A stretch of DNA of 34,498 bases from a candidate division WOR-3 bacterium (GCA_039801885.1 JBDRVN010000014.1:1-34498); one strand, 5' to 3'; positions 8,692 to 18,251 are shown, counted from the first letter of the stretch. Notes: generated by a model from the letters alone, not told the origin. Numbers and translations are program-made.

Positions 8692-9804
8692 TTAAAAATT
8701 AATAAATTTATGAATAAGAAAGTTAAAAAAAATACTAAAAATAATTATATAAAAAGGCTCTATATTAGTAAGTATTAAAAAAATAAAAATTATTAAGGAA
8801 GAAATCGTTAACCACCAATTATTAATAATTTTCAAAAAGAAAAATAAACCTGTTTGAAAAATAAATCCAATTATTGCTGGTTTAACACCGGATAAAAAAC
8901 TTTGAATATAAAAATTTTTATCAATTTTTTGATAAAGCCTTATTACAAAATAAAGCATTATTCCCGAAGGTAAAAAAATGGCAACAGTGGCAATAATGCT
9001 ACCCAAAATTCCTCCTAATTTATAGCCAATAAAAGTAGCAATTATCGCCACAGGTCCAGGAGTAATTTGACTAATACCTACTCCCACTAGAAAATCTTTT
9101 TCGGAAAGATATTGGCGAAAATCAACGAATTCTTGTTTGATAAAAGGAATTGCAGCATAACCGCCACCAAAAGTTAAAGCACCAATTTTAAAAAAAATAG
9201 AAAATAAGATAAATAATGGCGGTAAAGAAAAAAAGAAATTCAAAAATTCTTTATCCTTTAACCATTTTATTATTATCCCTAAAAAACCACAAATAATTAT
9301 TATGAAAAAAATTTCTATTTTTAAACTTAATAATAAATAAGCCAAAATAATAATCCCTACCGAAAAAAGAATATCGCAAATTTCTTTCTTTTTAAAGAAA
9401 ATTTTTATTAAACTTAATCCACCCCAAAATAAAATTGCGGGAATCACCGGTAATAAATATTTATAAATTTTTTCTATTATCTTTAATTCTTGGTAATGAA
9501 AATATAAAATACTCAAAATTAAAGTAATAGAATAGGTGGGTAATAAAAAAGATATAACGGAAATAATCATTCCTTTAATTTTTCTCAAAGAATAACCGAT
9601 AAACTCTACATAATTAGGCACAAAAGGACCGGGAAGCATTTGACCAATTGCTACTGCTGTTAATAAATCATCGTCACTAATCCAACCTCTCTTTTTAACA
9701 CAATATTCTCTTATTAAGGACACCATCGCCATTCCGCCACCAAAGCCCAAGAGACCAATTTTAAAAAAATCCCATGTTAATTCCTTCAAACTAACTTTTT
9801 TCAT
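8692..9804 (-). CDS. chrA: Long-chain chromate ion transporter (CHR family)
   Basis: Two homologous halves: FFKIGLLGFGGG...QMLPGP and FFKIGALTFGGGY...QITPGP. Confidence 0.9.
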   Translation of the reverse strand: MKKVSLKELTWDFFKIGLLGFGGGMAMVSLIREYCVKKRGWISDDDLLTAVAIGQMLPGPFVPNYVEFIGYSLRKIKGMIISVISFLLPTYSITLILSILYFHYQELKIIEKIYKYLLPVIPAILFWGGLSLIKIFFKKKEICDILFSVGIIILAYLLLSLKIEIFFIIIICGFLGIIIKWLKDKEFLNFFFSLPPLFILFSIFFKIGALTFGGGYAAIPFIKQEFVDFRQYLSEKDFLVGVGISQITPGPVAIIATFIGYKLGGILGSIIATVAIFLPSGIMLYFVIRLYQKIDKNFYIQSFLSGVKPAIIGFIFQTGLFFFLKIINNWWLTISSLIIFIFLILTNIEPFYIIIFSIFFNFLIHKFINF

Positions 9805-10444
9805 CTTTAAATTTTGCTATTTTTGCTTTAATATGAACATATCTCAAAGGTTCAGGAATTCGGAACTTTTTACAACAATTAATAACAATTTCTAATGCTT
9901 TTTCTTTGGTAATCAAATTTCCTGGTGAAATATAAATTGGCTTTGTCTTCCTTCGGGACCTTAACACAAAACCAAAAACCTCGTTATTAAAAAAAATTGG
10001 TAAATAGGAAAATTTATTTTCTTTTAAACTCCCTTTTATTTCGCCAATCAATAAAGATTTAGCAATTCCAATTGTTGGTTTATTAATTACTACTCCTAAA
10101 TGGGAGGCAATACCGGCTTTCCGAGGATGCAGTATTCCTTGACCATCTACCAGAATTACATCTGGTTTTTCTTTTATTTTCTGATAAGCTTTAATGATAA
10201 ATTTTAACTCGCGATAGCTTAAAAATTCGGGAAGATAAGGAAAATCAATTTTATCTTTAATAATTATTTCTTCTAAAAATTCTAACTCTGGATAGGTAAA
10301 AGTAGCAAAACAAGCGTAACCATAAGTAAAAGAGAAAGCAACATCAGAAGCACCAATTATTTCTATTTTTTTTATTATGTCAACTAATTTTATTTTTTGG
10401 GCAATTTCTTCTTGTTCTTTTTTTAAATACTCAATATTTATCAA
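9791..10444 (-). CDS. nfi: Endonuclease V
   Basis: GASDV, FPYLPEFLSYRE, ILVDGQGILHPRKAGIASHLG, TIGIAKS, PIYISPG, RIPEPLR. Confidence 0.93.
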   Translation of the reverse strand: MINIEYLKKEQEEIAQKIKLVDIIKKIEIIGASDVAFSFTYGYACFATFTYPELEFLEEIIIKDKIDFPYLPEFLSYRELKFIIKAYQKIKEKPDVILVDGQGILHPRKAGIASHLGVVINKPTIGIAKSLLIGEIKGSLKENKFSYLPIFFNNEVFGFVLRSRRKTKPIYISPGNLITKEKALEIVINCCKKFRIPEPLRYVHIKAKIAKFKDEKS

Positions 10445-11163
10445 AGAGTAAAAAATTGTTTCTCCAGCTTAATAATTTCTTCTATCCCTTTTTTTGCTAA
10501 TTGGAAAAGTTTTGAAAGCGTTTCAAAAGAATAGGGTACCTTCTCGGCAGTTGCTTGAATTTCTACAATTTTCTCACTACCAGTCATAACCAAATTCATA
10601 TCTACTTCGGCATTAAAATCTTCTTCGTAATTTAAATCCAAAAGTATTTCACTATTAATAATTCCAACAGAAATTGCACCCAAATAATCAATAACCGGAT
10701 TTTTCTCAATTATTCCCATAGCAAGCAGTTTCTTTACTCCATCCATAAGAGCAAGAAAGCCTCCGGTAACTGAAAGAGTTCTCGTTCCGCCATCAGCCTG
10801 TAAAACATCACAGTCAACAAAAATTGTTATTTCTTTCAATAGCGATAAATCAATAACTGCCCTTAAAGAACGGCCGATAAATCTTTTTATCTCTTGAGCG
10901 CGAGAATTTACTCGTAAAGTTGTTATCTCCCTCGGAGTTCTTTGTAAAGTGGAGCCTGGCAATAAAGAATACTCGGCAGTAAGCCAACCACTATTTTTCC
11001 CTAATAAAAAAGGCGGAACCCTTCTTTCATAACAAACAGTACACAAAACAATTGTTTTTCCTGCTTTTATTAAACAAGAACCTAAAGGATTTTCTAAATA
11101 CCCTATATTTACTTCTATTTTTCTTATTTCATCATACTTTCTCCCATCCCTTCTTATCACCAT
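10441..11163 (-). CDS. rph: Ribonuclease PH
   Basis: RRDGR, GWLTAEYSLLPGST, EIKRFIGRSLRA, DCDVLQADGGTRT, LLDLNYEED. Confidence 0.95.
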   Translation of the reverse strand: MVIRRDGRKYDEIRKIEVNIGYLENPLGSCLIKAGKTIVLCTVCYERRVPPFLLGKNSGWLTAEYSLLPGSTLQRTPREITTLRVNSRAQEIKRFIGRSLRAVIDLSLLKEITIFVDCDVLQADGGTRTLSVTGGFLALMDGVKKLLAMGIIEKNPVIDYLGAISVGIINSEILLDLNYEEDFNAEVDMNLVMTGSEKIVEIQATAEKVPYSFETLSKLFQLAKKGIEEIIKLEKQFFTL

Positions 11164-11165
11164 CG

Positions 11166-11948
11166 CTATTCTTGAAGAGATACGCGCATAATTTTATCAG
11201 GTAAAAGACCTAAAAAAATACGAGCAATCTTTTCAAACTCTGGTGGAATATCGGTGAGATAAATCACCAATTCTCCTTTCATTTTTTTTATTTTTTTATA
11301 AGAAAAAAAATCAGCTATTGATTTAGCCAGCTCTTCGGAAGAATCGACAATGGCAATTCTATTTTTGAATATTTCTTTTATTAATTTTTTTAGCAAAGGA
11401 TAATGGGTACAACCTAAAAGTAAAGTATCAATTTTTTCTTCTTTAAAAGGTTGAAGATAGATTTTCAACACTTCTTTGGTGATATAATGATTTATCCAGC
11501 CTTCCTCTACTAAAGGTACCAATAAAGGTGTTGCTCGGGCAATAATTTCTATCTCTTTATCATAATTTTTAAAAACTTTTTCATAGGTACCGGATTTAAT
11601 TGTTATTCGTGTACCTATTACACCAATTCTTTTGCTTTTTGTTTTCCCAATAGCTGCTTTTACTCCCGCTTGAATTACGTCAACTATTGGTAAAGAAATT
11701 TTACTTTTTACATAATTAAGAGCCACCGAAGAAGCAGAATGACAAGCAATGATAATAACTTTTACTTTTCTTTTTTTTAAAAAATTACAGGCAGCAAATG
11801 TGTATTTTTTTATAATTTCTTCGGATTTCTCACCATAAGGCAAACGAGCAGTGTCGCCAAAATATAATATTTTTATCTCTGGCATTAATTTTTTAATTTC
11901 TTTCACTACTGTTAAACCGCCTAAACCCGAATCAAAAATACCGATCAT
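11166..11948 (-). CDS. murI: Glutamate racemase
   Basis: [22 protein letters not shown], catalytic ACHSAS and LGCTHYP. Confidence 0.95.
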   Translation of the reverse strand: MIGIFDSGLGGLTVVKEIKKLMPEIKILYFGDTARLPYGEKSEEIIKKYTFAACNFLKKRKVKVIIIACHSASSVALNYVKSKISLPIVDVIQAGVKAAIGKTKSKRIGVIGTRITIKSGTYEKVFKNYDKEIEIIARATPLLVPLVEEGWINHYITKEVLKIYLQPFKEEKIDTLLLGCTHYPLLKKLIKEIFKNRIAIVDSSEELAKSIADFFSYKKIKKMKGELVIYLTDIPPEFEKIARIFLGLLPDKIMRVSLQE

Positions 11949-13309
11949 CTTATTTGGCTAATAAATTTTTTTAATCCTTCGGCAATTCCTTTTGCCAATT
12001 TTTCTTGATACCAGTCTTTTCGCAAAAGTGCCTCTTCTTTCCGATTACTTAAAAAACCACATTCAATTAAAACTGCCGGCATAAAAACACCTTTTAAAAC
12101 ATAAAAACCTGACTGTTTTACCCCCCGATTTTCAATATTTAAAGCTTCACATATAACATCCTGGATAGCTACTGCTAATTCTTGAGATTCTTTTAAAAAT
12201 TCTTGTTGAGCTAAATCAGCAAGAATAAAAGCTAAGAAATCATCATTAATCTCGTTTTTAGTAATTTCGTATTTAATTACTTCATTTTCGGCTTGAGCAA
12301 CTGCCCTTTCCCAATCCGTTCTTGCTTCTGAAAGAAAATAGACTTCAAAACCACAAGCATAAGAGTTCTTTTTTGGTGCTGAATTGCAATGAATACTAAT
12401 AAAAATATCTGCTTTATTATCATTAGCAATTTTAGTTCTTTCTCCTAATGAGAGAAAAACATCGCTATCTCTTGTTAAAATAACATCTAAACCAAATTTT
12501 TTTAAATATTTTTTTAACTTTTTGGCAATTAATAAATTTAAATCTTTTTCTTTTGTTCCCATTTTACCAATTGCTCCCGGATCTTTTCCACCGTGACCCG
12601 GATCTATCACTACTAATTTTATCCCTTGTTTCAAGCGAGGCAAAAATTTTAAAATCACTATATTTTTTTCTTTATTAAGACGAACATCGCACTCTTTTTT
12701 CAAATAAAACTTAATGTTAAAGCCATCTTCTTTTTTTATTTCATAATTTTTTAAATGGCCCAACAGTGGTAATTTATTAACATTGGATTTTGCCTGAAAG
12801 TTTATTTCGTAATCAAAATAAGAAAAACTCTTTGTGGAAAAATAGACATCGGAATTTAAATAAAAAGTTATTATTGTTGTATCCTTTTTTTCGCGCACTT
12901 TAATTTCAGTAATTTCGGGAACAATAATTTCTTCTTCAATTAGAAATTCTTCTTTTTTAATTCTTATTTTCTCTAAAATCTTTTCACAAGTAAATAAGGA
13001 AATAAAGTAATTATTTCCTATTTTCAAAACCGGATAAGAAACTTTTATTTCTTCAAAATTTATTTTTATTACCGGCCTTTCTAAATCAATAATTATTTCT
13101 GTCTTTAATGAATCATTAAGAATTAAAAAAACTTTGTCTCCAATAAACCAGAATTTAGCATCTAATCCTTTAATGAAATTTGTTAATAATAAATATTCCT
13201 TCTCTTCAAAAACTAAGGTCTCCGTGGTTTCGTTACCAATAATAATTTTTCGGCTAAAAAGAAAATTAAGAGATAAAAGAAATAAGAAAAGAACTTTTCT
13301 TATTACCAT
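11945..13309 (-). CDS. N-acetylmuramoyl-L-alanine amidase (Amidase_3)
   Basis: Signal peptide; [30 protein letters not shown] zinc-amidase motifs. Confidence 0.92.
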   Translation of the reverse strand: MVIRKVLFLFLLSLNFLFSRKIIIGNETTETLVFEEKEYLLLTNFIKGLDAKFWFIGDKVFLILNDSLKTEIIIDLERPVIKINFEEIKVSYPVLKIGNNYFISLFTCEKILEKIRIKKEEFLIEEEIIVPEITEIKVREKKDTTIITFYLNSDVYFSTKSFSYFDYEINFQAKSNVNKLPLLGHLKNYEIKKEDGFNIKFYLKKECDVRLNKEKNIVILKFLPRLKQGIKLVVIDPGHGGKDPGAIGKMGTKEKDLNLLIAKKLKKYLKKFGLDVILTRDSDVFLSLGERTKIANDNKADIFISIHCNSAPKKNSYACGFEVYFLSEARTDWERAVAQAENEVIKYEITKNEINDDFLAFILADLAQQEFLKESQELAVAIQDVICEALNIENRGVKQSGFYVLKGVFMPAVLIECGFLSNRKEEALLRKDWYQEKLAKGIAEGLKKFISQIR

Positions 13310-13752
13310 TTATATTTATGATAATAACGCTCTTCCCTTTTAAGTGCCCTTTCTCTTAACTCCTTTCTTTTATCAATAACCTTTTTCCCTTTCGCTAAAG
13401 CAATTTCAATTTTACATTTTCCTTTATCATTAAAATAAACTTTTAAAGGAATTAGCGTATAACCCCTTCTTTCCACTTTACCAATCAATCTTTTTATCTC
13501 ATTTTTATGAAGCAACAGTTTTCTTTTTCTTTTAGGATCGGGATTAAAAATACCTCCTTTTTCATAGGGAGCAATATGAACATCTTTTAAAAACATTTCA
13601 CCATTTTCAATTGTGCAATAACCCTCCTCAATAGAAATCTTACCTTCTCTTATTGATTTTACCTCACTTCCTTTTAACTCAATTCCTGCTTCATATTTTT
13701 CTTCAATAAAATAATTATGAACAGCCTTTCGGTTTTGAGCAACAATCCTCAT
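13303..13752 (-). CDS. smpB: SsrA-binding protein
   Basis: [38 protein letters not shown]. Confidence 0.97.
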   Translation of the reverse strand: MRIVAQNRKAVHNYFIEEKYEAGIELKGSEVKSIREGKISIEEGYCTIENGEMFLKDVHIAPYEKGGIFNPDPKRKRKLLLHKNEIKRLIGKVERRGYTLIPLKVYFNDKGKCKIEIALAKGKKVIDKRKELRERALKREERYYHKYKW

Positions 13753-13766
13753 TCGTTAGAGATAGC

Positions 13767-14090
13767 TTATTTTTTATTAGTTTTCTCTTTCTCCCGATTT
13801 TTCAGAAATTTTTCTTTTAAGTTGGGATATTTTTTAAGATGCCAACGAATTACTGTTTCGCTTACTGCAATTTTATCTGCTAATTCCTTGATTGAACCCA
13901 CTCCTTTATTAAGGAGTTTTTTAATTTTATCATAAGTGCTTTCATCTTCAATCAAAAGAGATTTATAATGAACAAGATAATAAGCTTTTTTATAAGAAAT
14001 CCCTAATCTTTCGGCTAATTTCGCTACGCTAAACCCAACTTTCTCGTATTCTTTTTTAATTTTATTATAATCGAATTTTTCTTTTTTCAT
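13767..14090 (-). CDS. Small basic protein with two helix-turn-helix motifs
   Basis: SVAKLAERLGISYKKAYYLV and SIKELADKIAVSETVIRWHL. Confidence 0.75.
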   Translation of the reverse strand: MKKEKFDYNKIKKEYEKVGFSVAKLAERLGISYKKAYYLVHYKSLLIEDESTYDKIKKLLNKGVGSIKELADKIAVSETVIRWHLKKYPNLKEKFLKNREKEKTNKK

Positions 14091-14099
14091 AGTAATAAA

Positions 14100-14127
14100 A
14101 TTATAATAAAGAAATATAAAAAATCAA
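14100..14127 (-). promoter_or_regulatory. Putative sigma70 promoter of the HTH-smpB operon
   Basis: TTGATT (14122-14127), 16 nt, TATAAT (14100-14105), 9 nt, ATG (14090). Confidence 0.6.
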
Positions 14128-14133
14128 GTAAAT

Positions 14134-14184
14134 ATAGCCAATGTATTAAGATATGGTTACCGGCTAATAAGAATATTAAAGTAA
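14134..14184 (+). pseudogene. Short remnant paralogous to the 14844-15395 pseudogene
   Basis: Reads IANVLRYGYRLIRILK* against YLNFLRKGYRLIKK in the minus-strand ORF; 8 of 11 residues identical with several synonymous differences. Confidence 0.4.
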
Positions 14185-14843
14185 AAAAGCCTTGAAATTA
14201 TTTAATAAATTTCTTAAAATGATAGACGTCCTAAAAAGAATAAATAAAATTAAAAATGAACGCCTATGTTTTTATAATGTAGAACAAAATTTAAGTTAAG
14301 GGATAGACGATAGAAGCGTATATAAATTGTATGAACAATCTAACCCTTTTATCATTTTAGATTATTATGCTCTTGATTAGTGTTTTTACATACTGGTAAA
14401 TGATGTCTTAACTTATCACAATTACACAGCACAATTCTCAGTATCGTTGTGATTAGAACTTAATAAGTTCTTATGAAAATATAATTTCATAGGCAATCTA
14501 ATATAATTCAGTTTCAATTTGTTAAATAGGAGTTGGTATTATTCAAAACGAAAATTATATTGGACAAATTATCTTCTAGGTAATTGATGCTGCAACGGTT
14601 GGAATTAATAAGATATTTATTACCTAATGTTTAAAGCGAGAAATAAATATTTTATAAAACTGAAATCACTATTTAGAAAATTACCTTATTCATTTTATTA
14701 ATTATTATAATTTTCTTTGCTAACTTTTTATTGATAATAAAAATTCACTACTATATTATCTACTATACAGCTCCCTTTTCAATAGAAAGTAAAACCCTCC
14801 TGTTTTATTAAGGTAGTGCTAAGAAGATATTTAAGACGATTTC

Positions 14844-15395
14844 TTATTTAACTTTTAAAAGAAGAAATTTTATCTCCTTTAATACCTCCTGTTTTTTAAG
14901 CAAGCTTTCAACATTTAATAATTTTCTTTTTTTTATCAATCGGTATCCCTTTCTTAAAAAGTTTAGATAACCAATATAAAAGGTTCCAGGAATGTAATAG
15001 TATTTATAAATTGATTTTGGATAATCACAACTAAAAGATAAATAGTATTTATAAACTATTCTTTTCAGTTTGCTCACAAGATAATACCAAAGATATTTAA
15101 CTCTTAATTTTCCTATAATATCTTTATTTAATCCCCTTGCTCCCCATTTAATTTCCGTGATAGCAATAAGTTTATAAAGCATAAATACCATCATATTTAT
15201 CAACTAACCGCCAGATTTCTTGGGTATAAAAGAAATAAGAAAGGTACGGAACAGGTATTGCCCCAGGCGGAAATCTAAAATTGTCTTTATTTTGATATTT
15301 AATTCCACAAGTTCAGCATATTTTGTAAACACATTCTCAATCATCTTTGTATCTTTTTCTAATTTGGCAATATATTTATATTCTTTGGTAAGCAT
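14844..15395 (-). pseudogene. Disrupted gene(s) for small helical proteins, possibly SIRV2-type capsid fold
   Basis: The two ORFs are in one frame split by TAG (15204-15206); another frame at 15175-15270 reads PPGAIPVPYLSYFFYTQEIWRLVDKYDGIYAL, which parallels YIPGTFYIGYLNFLRKGYRLIKK downstream; AGGAGG upstream near 15410. Confidence 0.55.
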
Positions 15396-15440
15396 TCCTT
15401 AGTTTAATATCCTCCTTTTTATTTATTTTCCTTCTATATA

Positions 15441-15470
15441 TATAACGAAAAAATGCCCCCTTAGGTTACC
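15441..15470 (-). promoter_or_regulatory. ECF-sigma-type promoter
   Basis: Minus strand GGTAAC, 17 nt, CGTTATA, matching the AAC-N16/17-CGT pattern of ECF promoters. Confidence 0.5.
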
Positions 15471-15563
15471 ACTTTTTTAATTTTTATTTTGGACCTCTAA
15501 ATAATCTGAAGGTATTAATATCCTTATTAACTTATTAAACATACTTTAGCATATATTTTTTAT

Positions 15564-15592
15564 TTGACTTTTCTATTAAATATTGATATAAT
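15564..15592 (+). promoter_or_regulatory. Sigma70 promoter of the group 3b hydrogenase operon
   Basis: TTGACT (15564-15569), 17 nt, extended -10 TGaTATAAT (15584-15592), 9 nt, ATG 15602; no SD. Confidence 0.75.
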
Positions 15593-15601
15593 TTTTGTTT
15601 T

Positions 15602-16630
15602 ATGAAAGCTTATAAATTAAAAAAGGAATACTTAAAGGAATATCTAAAAAGTTTAGAAGACTTTGGAGAAGTTTGGGGACCAATAAAGAAGAAAGATATT
15701 GATGTCTATGAAAAAATTAGTGACTACTCTCTATTAAATCTCAATGCCTTAAGACCTATTTTGCCTTTAAAAAAATTTCTTATCCCACCAAAATTTAATA
15801 CATTCTTTTATACCAAAGATGGTAAATACGAAAATGCTTTAAAGGATATTAAGAAAAGAATTATCTTTGGTGTTCATCCTTGTGAAATTCACGCTCTTTT
15901 AGTTTTAGACCGATTATATAAGGAAAGATATCCTGATTATTATTATTTAACCCACAGAAAATCAACATTAATTATTGCTTTTTCCTGCGTTCCTGATGAC
16001 AAATGCTTTGCCCGTTCATTAAATACCCATTTTGTGGAAGAAGGTTTTGATTTAGGATTTACTGATTTAGATGAATATTATCTTGTCTGGGTGGGTTCTT
16101 CAGAAGGCGACGATTTATTACGTCATCGGTTAGATTTATTTGAAGAAAAAATAACTTCCAAAGATTTAAATCACTATATTGAATGGCGAAAATGGCGCGA
16201 TAATCAATACCAACTTAATTTGGACCTTACTGCGATGCCTGATATTATGGAATTGAGTTATGACTTAGAAGTCTGGAATGAAATTGGTGAGAAATGCCTT
16301 TCCTGCGGAACTTGTAGTATGGTTTGTCCTACTTGTACTTGTTTTAATATTGTTGACCATTTGGGTATTGACAACGAACCAGGAAGAAGAGAAAGATTTT
16401 GGGATAGTTGTATGTTAAAAATTTTTGCGTTGGTTGCCGGGGGTTTTAATTTTCGTGAGAAAAGAGCAGATCGGGTAAAACTCTGGTATACTCACAAACT
16501 AAAAGCCTTTATCACCGAATTTGGCAAACCAGCTTGTGTTGGTTGCGGAAGATGTATTGCTAATTGTCCAGTTAATATCAATGTTTTAGAAATAACAAAA
16601 ATTTTAAAAGGTGAAGAGATAAAAAAATGA
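15602..16630 (+). CDS. hydB: Group 3b hydrogenase beta subunit (AsrA-like Fe-S)
   Basis: CLSCGTCSMVCPTCTCF, RFWDSC, ACVGCGRCIANCP. Confidence 0.9.
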   Translation: MKAYKLKKEYLKEYLKSLEDFGEVWGPIKKKDIDVYEKISDYSLLNLNALRPILPLKKFLIPPKFNTFFYTKDGKYENALKDIKKRIIFGVHPCEIHALLVLDRLYKERYPDYYYLTHRKSTLIIAFSCVPDDKCFARSLNTHFVEEGFDLGFTDLDEYYLVWVGSSEGDDLLRHRLDLFEEKITSKDLNHYIEWRKWRDNQYQLNLDLTAMPDIMELSYDLEVWNEIGEKCLSCGTCSMVCPTCTCFNIVDHLGIDNEPGRRERFWDSCMLKIFALVAGGFNFREKRADRVKLWYTHKLKAFITEFGKPACVGCGRCIANCPVNINVLEITKILKGEEIKK

Positions 16631-17463
16631 GTGAAAATTTATATGAACCTATCCCAATGAGAATTGTAAGAAGATATGATTTAATTGAAAATGTGCGCTT
16701 CTTCCAAGTTAGACCGGTAGAAATTGAAAAAGCTTTAACTATAAACTACAAACCTGGCCAATTTATGATGGTTTCTTTGTTTGGTGTTAGTGAAGCACCT
16801 TTTTCAATATCCTCTTCACCTTCTCGACCTGGTTTATTAGAATTTGGTATTAGAAAAATTGGTGTTCTAACCGAACAACTTTTTAAACTAAAAGAGAATG
16901 AAATTATCCATATTCGGGGACCTTATGGTAATGGTTTTCCAATTGAAAAAATGTACGAGTATAATCTAATTATTATTGCTGGTGGTTTAGGAGCAGTTCC
17001 TTTACGTTCTTTACTTTTGTATGCTTTAGATAACCGTGATTTGTTTAAAAAGATTTATTTTCTTTATGGTGCCCGACGGCCAAATGAAATGTTATTTTTA
17101 AGAGAATTTTTAGAATTAAAAGAAAGGGAAGATTTAGAATGTCTTTTAACAGTAGACAAAGATGATACCGGAACTTGGACAGAGAAAATTGGCGTAGTAA
17201 CTGAACTTTTCAGATATTTAAAGGATATTGATCCACAAAAAACCTATGCGGCAGTTTGTGGCCCACCGGTAATGTATCGGTTTGTAATTGATAAATTAGT
17301 AAATCTACAAATCCCGAAACACCAAATTTTAATGACTTTAGAGAGAAGGATGCGTTGCGGAATGGGAAAATGCGGACACTGCGTTATTGGTTCTATTTAT
17401 ACTTGCGTTGACGGGCCGGTTTTTACTTATTGGGATGTATTACATATGAAAGATTTAATATAA
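16627..17463 (+). CDS. hydG: Group 3b hydrogenase gamma subunit (FAD/NAD(P), 2Fe-2S)
   Basis: PGQF, EAPFSISS, RGPYGNGFP, AGGLG, CGPPVM, MRCGMGKCGHC, CVDGPVF. Confidence 0.9.
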   Translation: MSENLYEPIPMRIVRRYDLIENVRFFQVRPVEIEKALTINYKPGQFMMVSLFGVSEAPFSISSSPSRPGLLEFGIRKIGVLTEQLFKLKENEIIHIRGPYGNGFPIEKMYEYNLIIIAGGLGAVPLRSLLLYALDNRDLFKKIYFLYGARRPNEMLFLREFLELKEREDLECLLTVDKDDTGTWTEKIGVVTELFRYLKDIDPQKTYAAVCGPPVMYRFVIDKLVNLQIPKHQILMTLERRMRCGMGKCGHCVIGSIYTCVDGPVFTYWDVLHMKDLI

Positions 17464-17474
17464 AATTCAATAAT

Positions 17475-18251
17475 ATGGAAAAGAAATTAAAAGTTGGTTT
17501 TTATGAATTTACCGGCTGTGCCGGTGATTTATTAACAATTGTTCATAATGAAGATTATCTCTTAAAAATTTGGAATTCAATAGAAATTGTTAGTTTCCGT
17601 TTAGCAACAAGCAAACGAAATGAAAAAACAAATTTAGATATTGCTTTTATTGAAGGTTCCATAACCAGTGAAGAACAGATAGAAGAACTTAAAAAAATAA
17701 GAGAAAAAAGCAAAATTTTGGTAGCTTTGGGAACTTGCGCCTCTTTTGGTGGCTTACAGTCAATGTACTCCCATGCAGGAGATTTTTTAACACGTTTCAA
17801 TTCTGTTTATCCTCATAAATTTACTATTTTAAAGCCATTAGAATCAAAACCCTTAGAAAATTATGTAAAGATAGATTATTTTATTCCCGGTTGTCCCATT
17901 GATTTTAAACTTTTTCTTTTTAATTTTATAAGACTTTTAAGAAATCTGCCGGTAGAATTGCCTTCGTATCCTGTCTGCTTAGAATGTAAATGGCAAGAAA
18001 ACAATTGCCTCCTTTTAAAAAGAATTCCTTGTTTAGGTCCTTTAACCCGTGCTGGTTGCACAGCAAGGTGTCCTACCAACAACCTACCTTGTGTTGGTTG
18101 CTTCGGCCCTTATGAAGATTTAAACATTTCTTCTTGGCTAAAAATATCCCAAGAAAATAATATTTCTTTTAAGGAATTAGAAAAAAAGATCAGATTATTT
18201 TGGGGAATAAAAGCAAAGGAAATTTTAGACCAACTTAAAAACAAGAAATGA
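17475..18251 (+). CDS. hydD: Group 3b hydrogenase small (delta) subunit
   Basis: TGCAGD, EGS, GTCASFGG, PGCP, VCLEC, CLGPLTRAGCTARCP, CVGCFG. Start set at ATG 17475 (MEKKLKVGF) just after the hydG stop. Confidence 0.9.
   Translation: MEKKLKVGFYEFTGCAGDLLTIVHNEDYLLKIWNSIEIVSFRLATSKRNEKTNLDIAFIEGSITSEEQIEELKKIREKSKILVALGTCASFGGLQSMYSHAGDFLTRFNSVYPHKFTILKPLESKPLENYVKIDYFIPGCPIDFKLFLFNFIRLLRNLPVELPSYPVCLECKWQENNCLLLKRIPCLGPLTRAGCTARCPTNNLPCVGCFGPYEDLNISSWLKISQENNISFKELEKKIRLFWGIKAKEILDQLKNKK

Noticed and set aside
14091-14843. tmRNA or tRNA next to smpB
   Set aside because: No tRNA-like ends, T-loop or GC-rich stems visible.
15204-15206. TAG read-through or alternative genetic code joining the two in-frame ORFs
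   Set aside because: TAG ends normal genes here (3486, 11166, 23094), and the alternative frame gives the better internal-repeat match, so decay is more likely.
15602-17463. Recent duplication of hydBG giving 31963..33812
   Set aside because: Similarity is limited to family motifs at protein level; no nucleotide-level repeat is visible.
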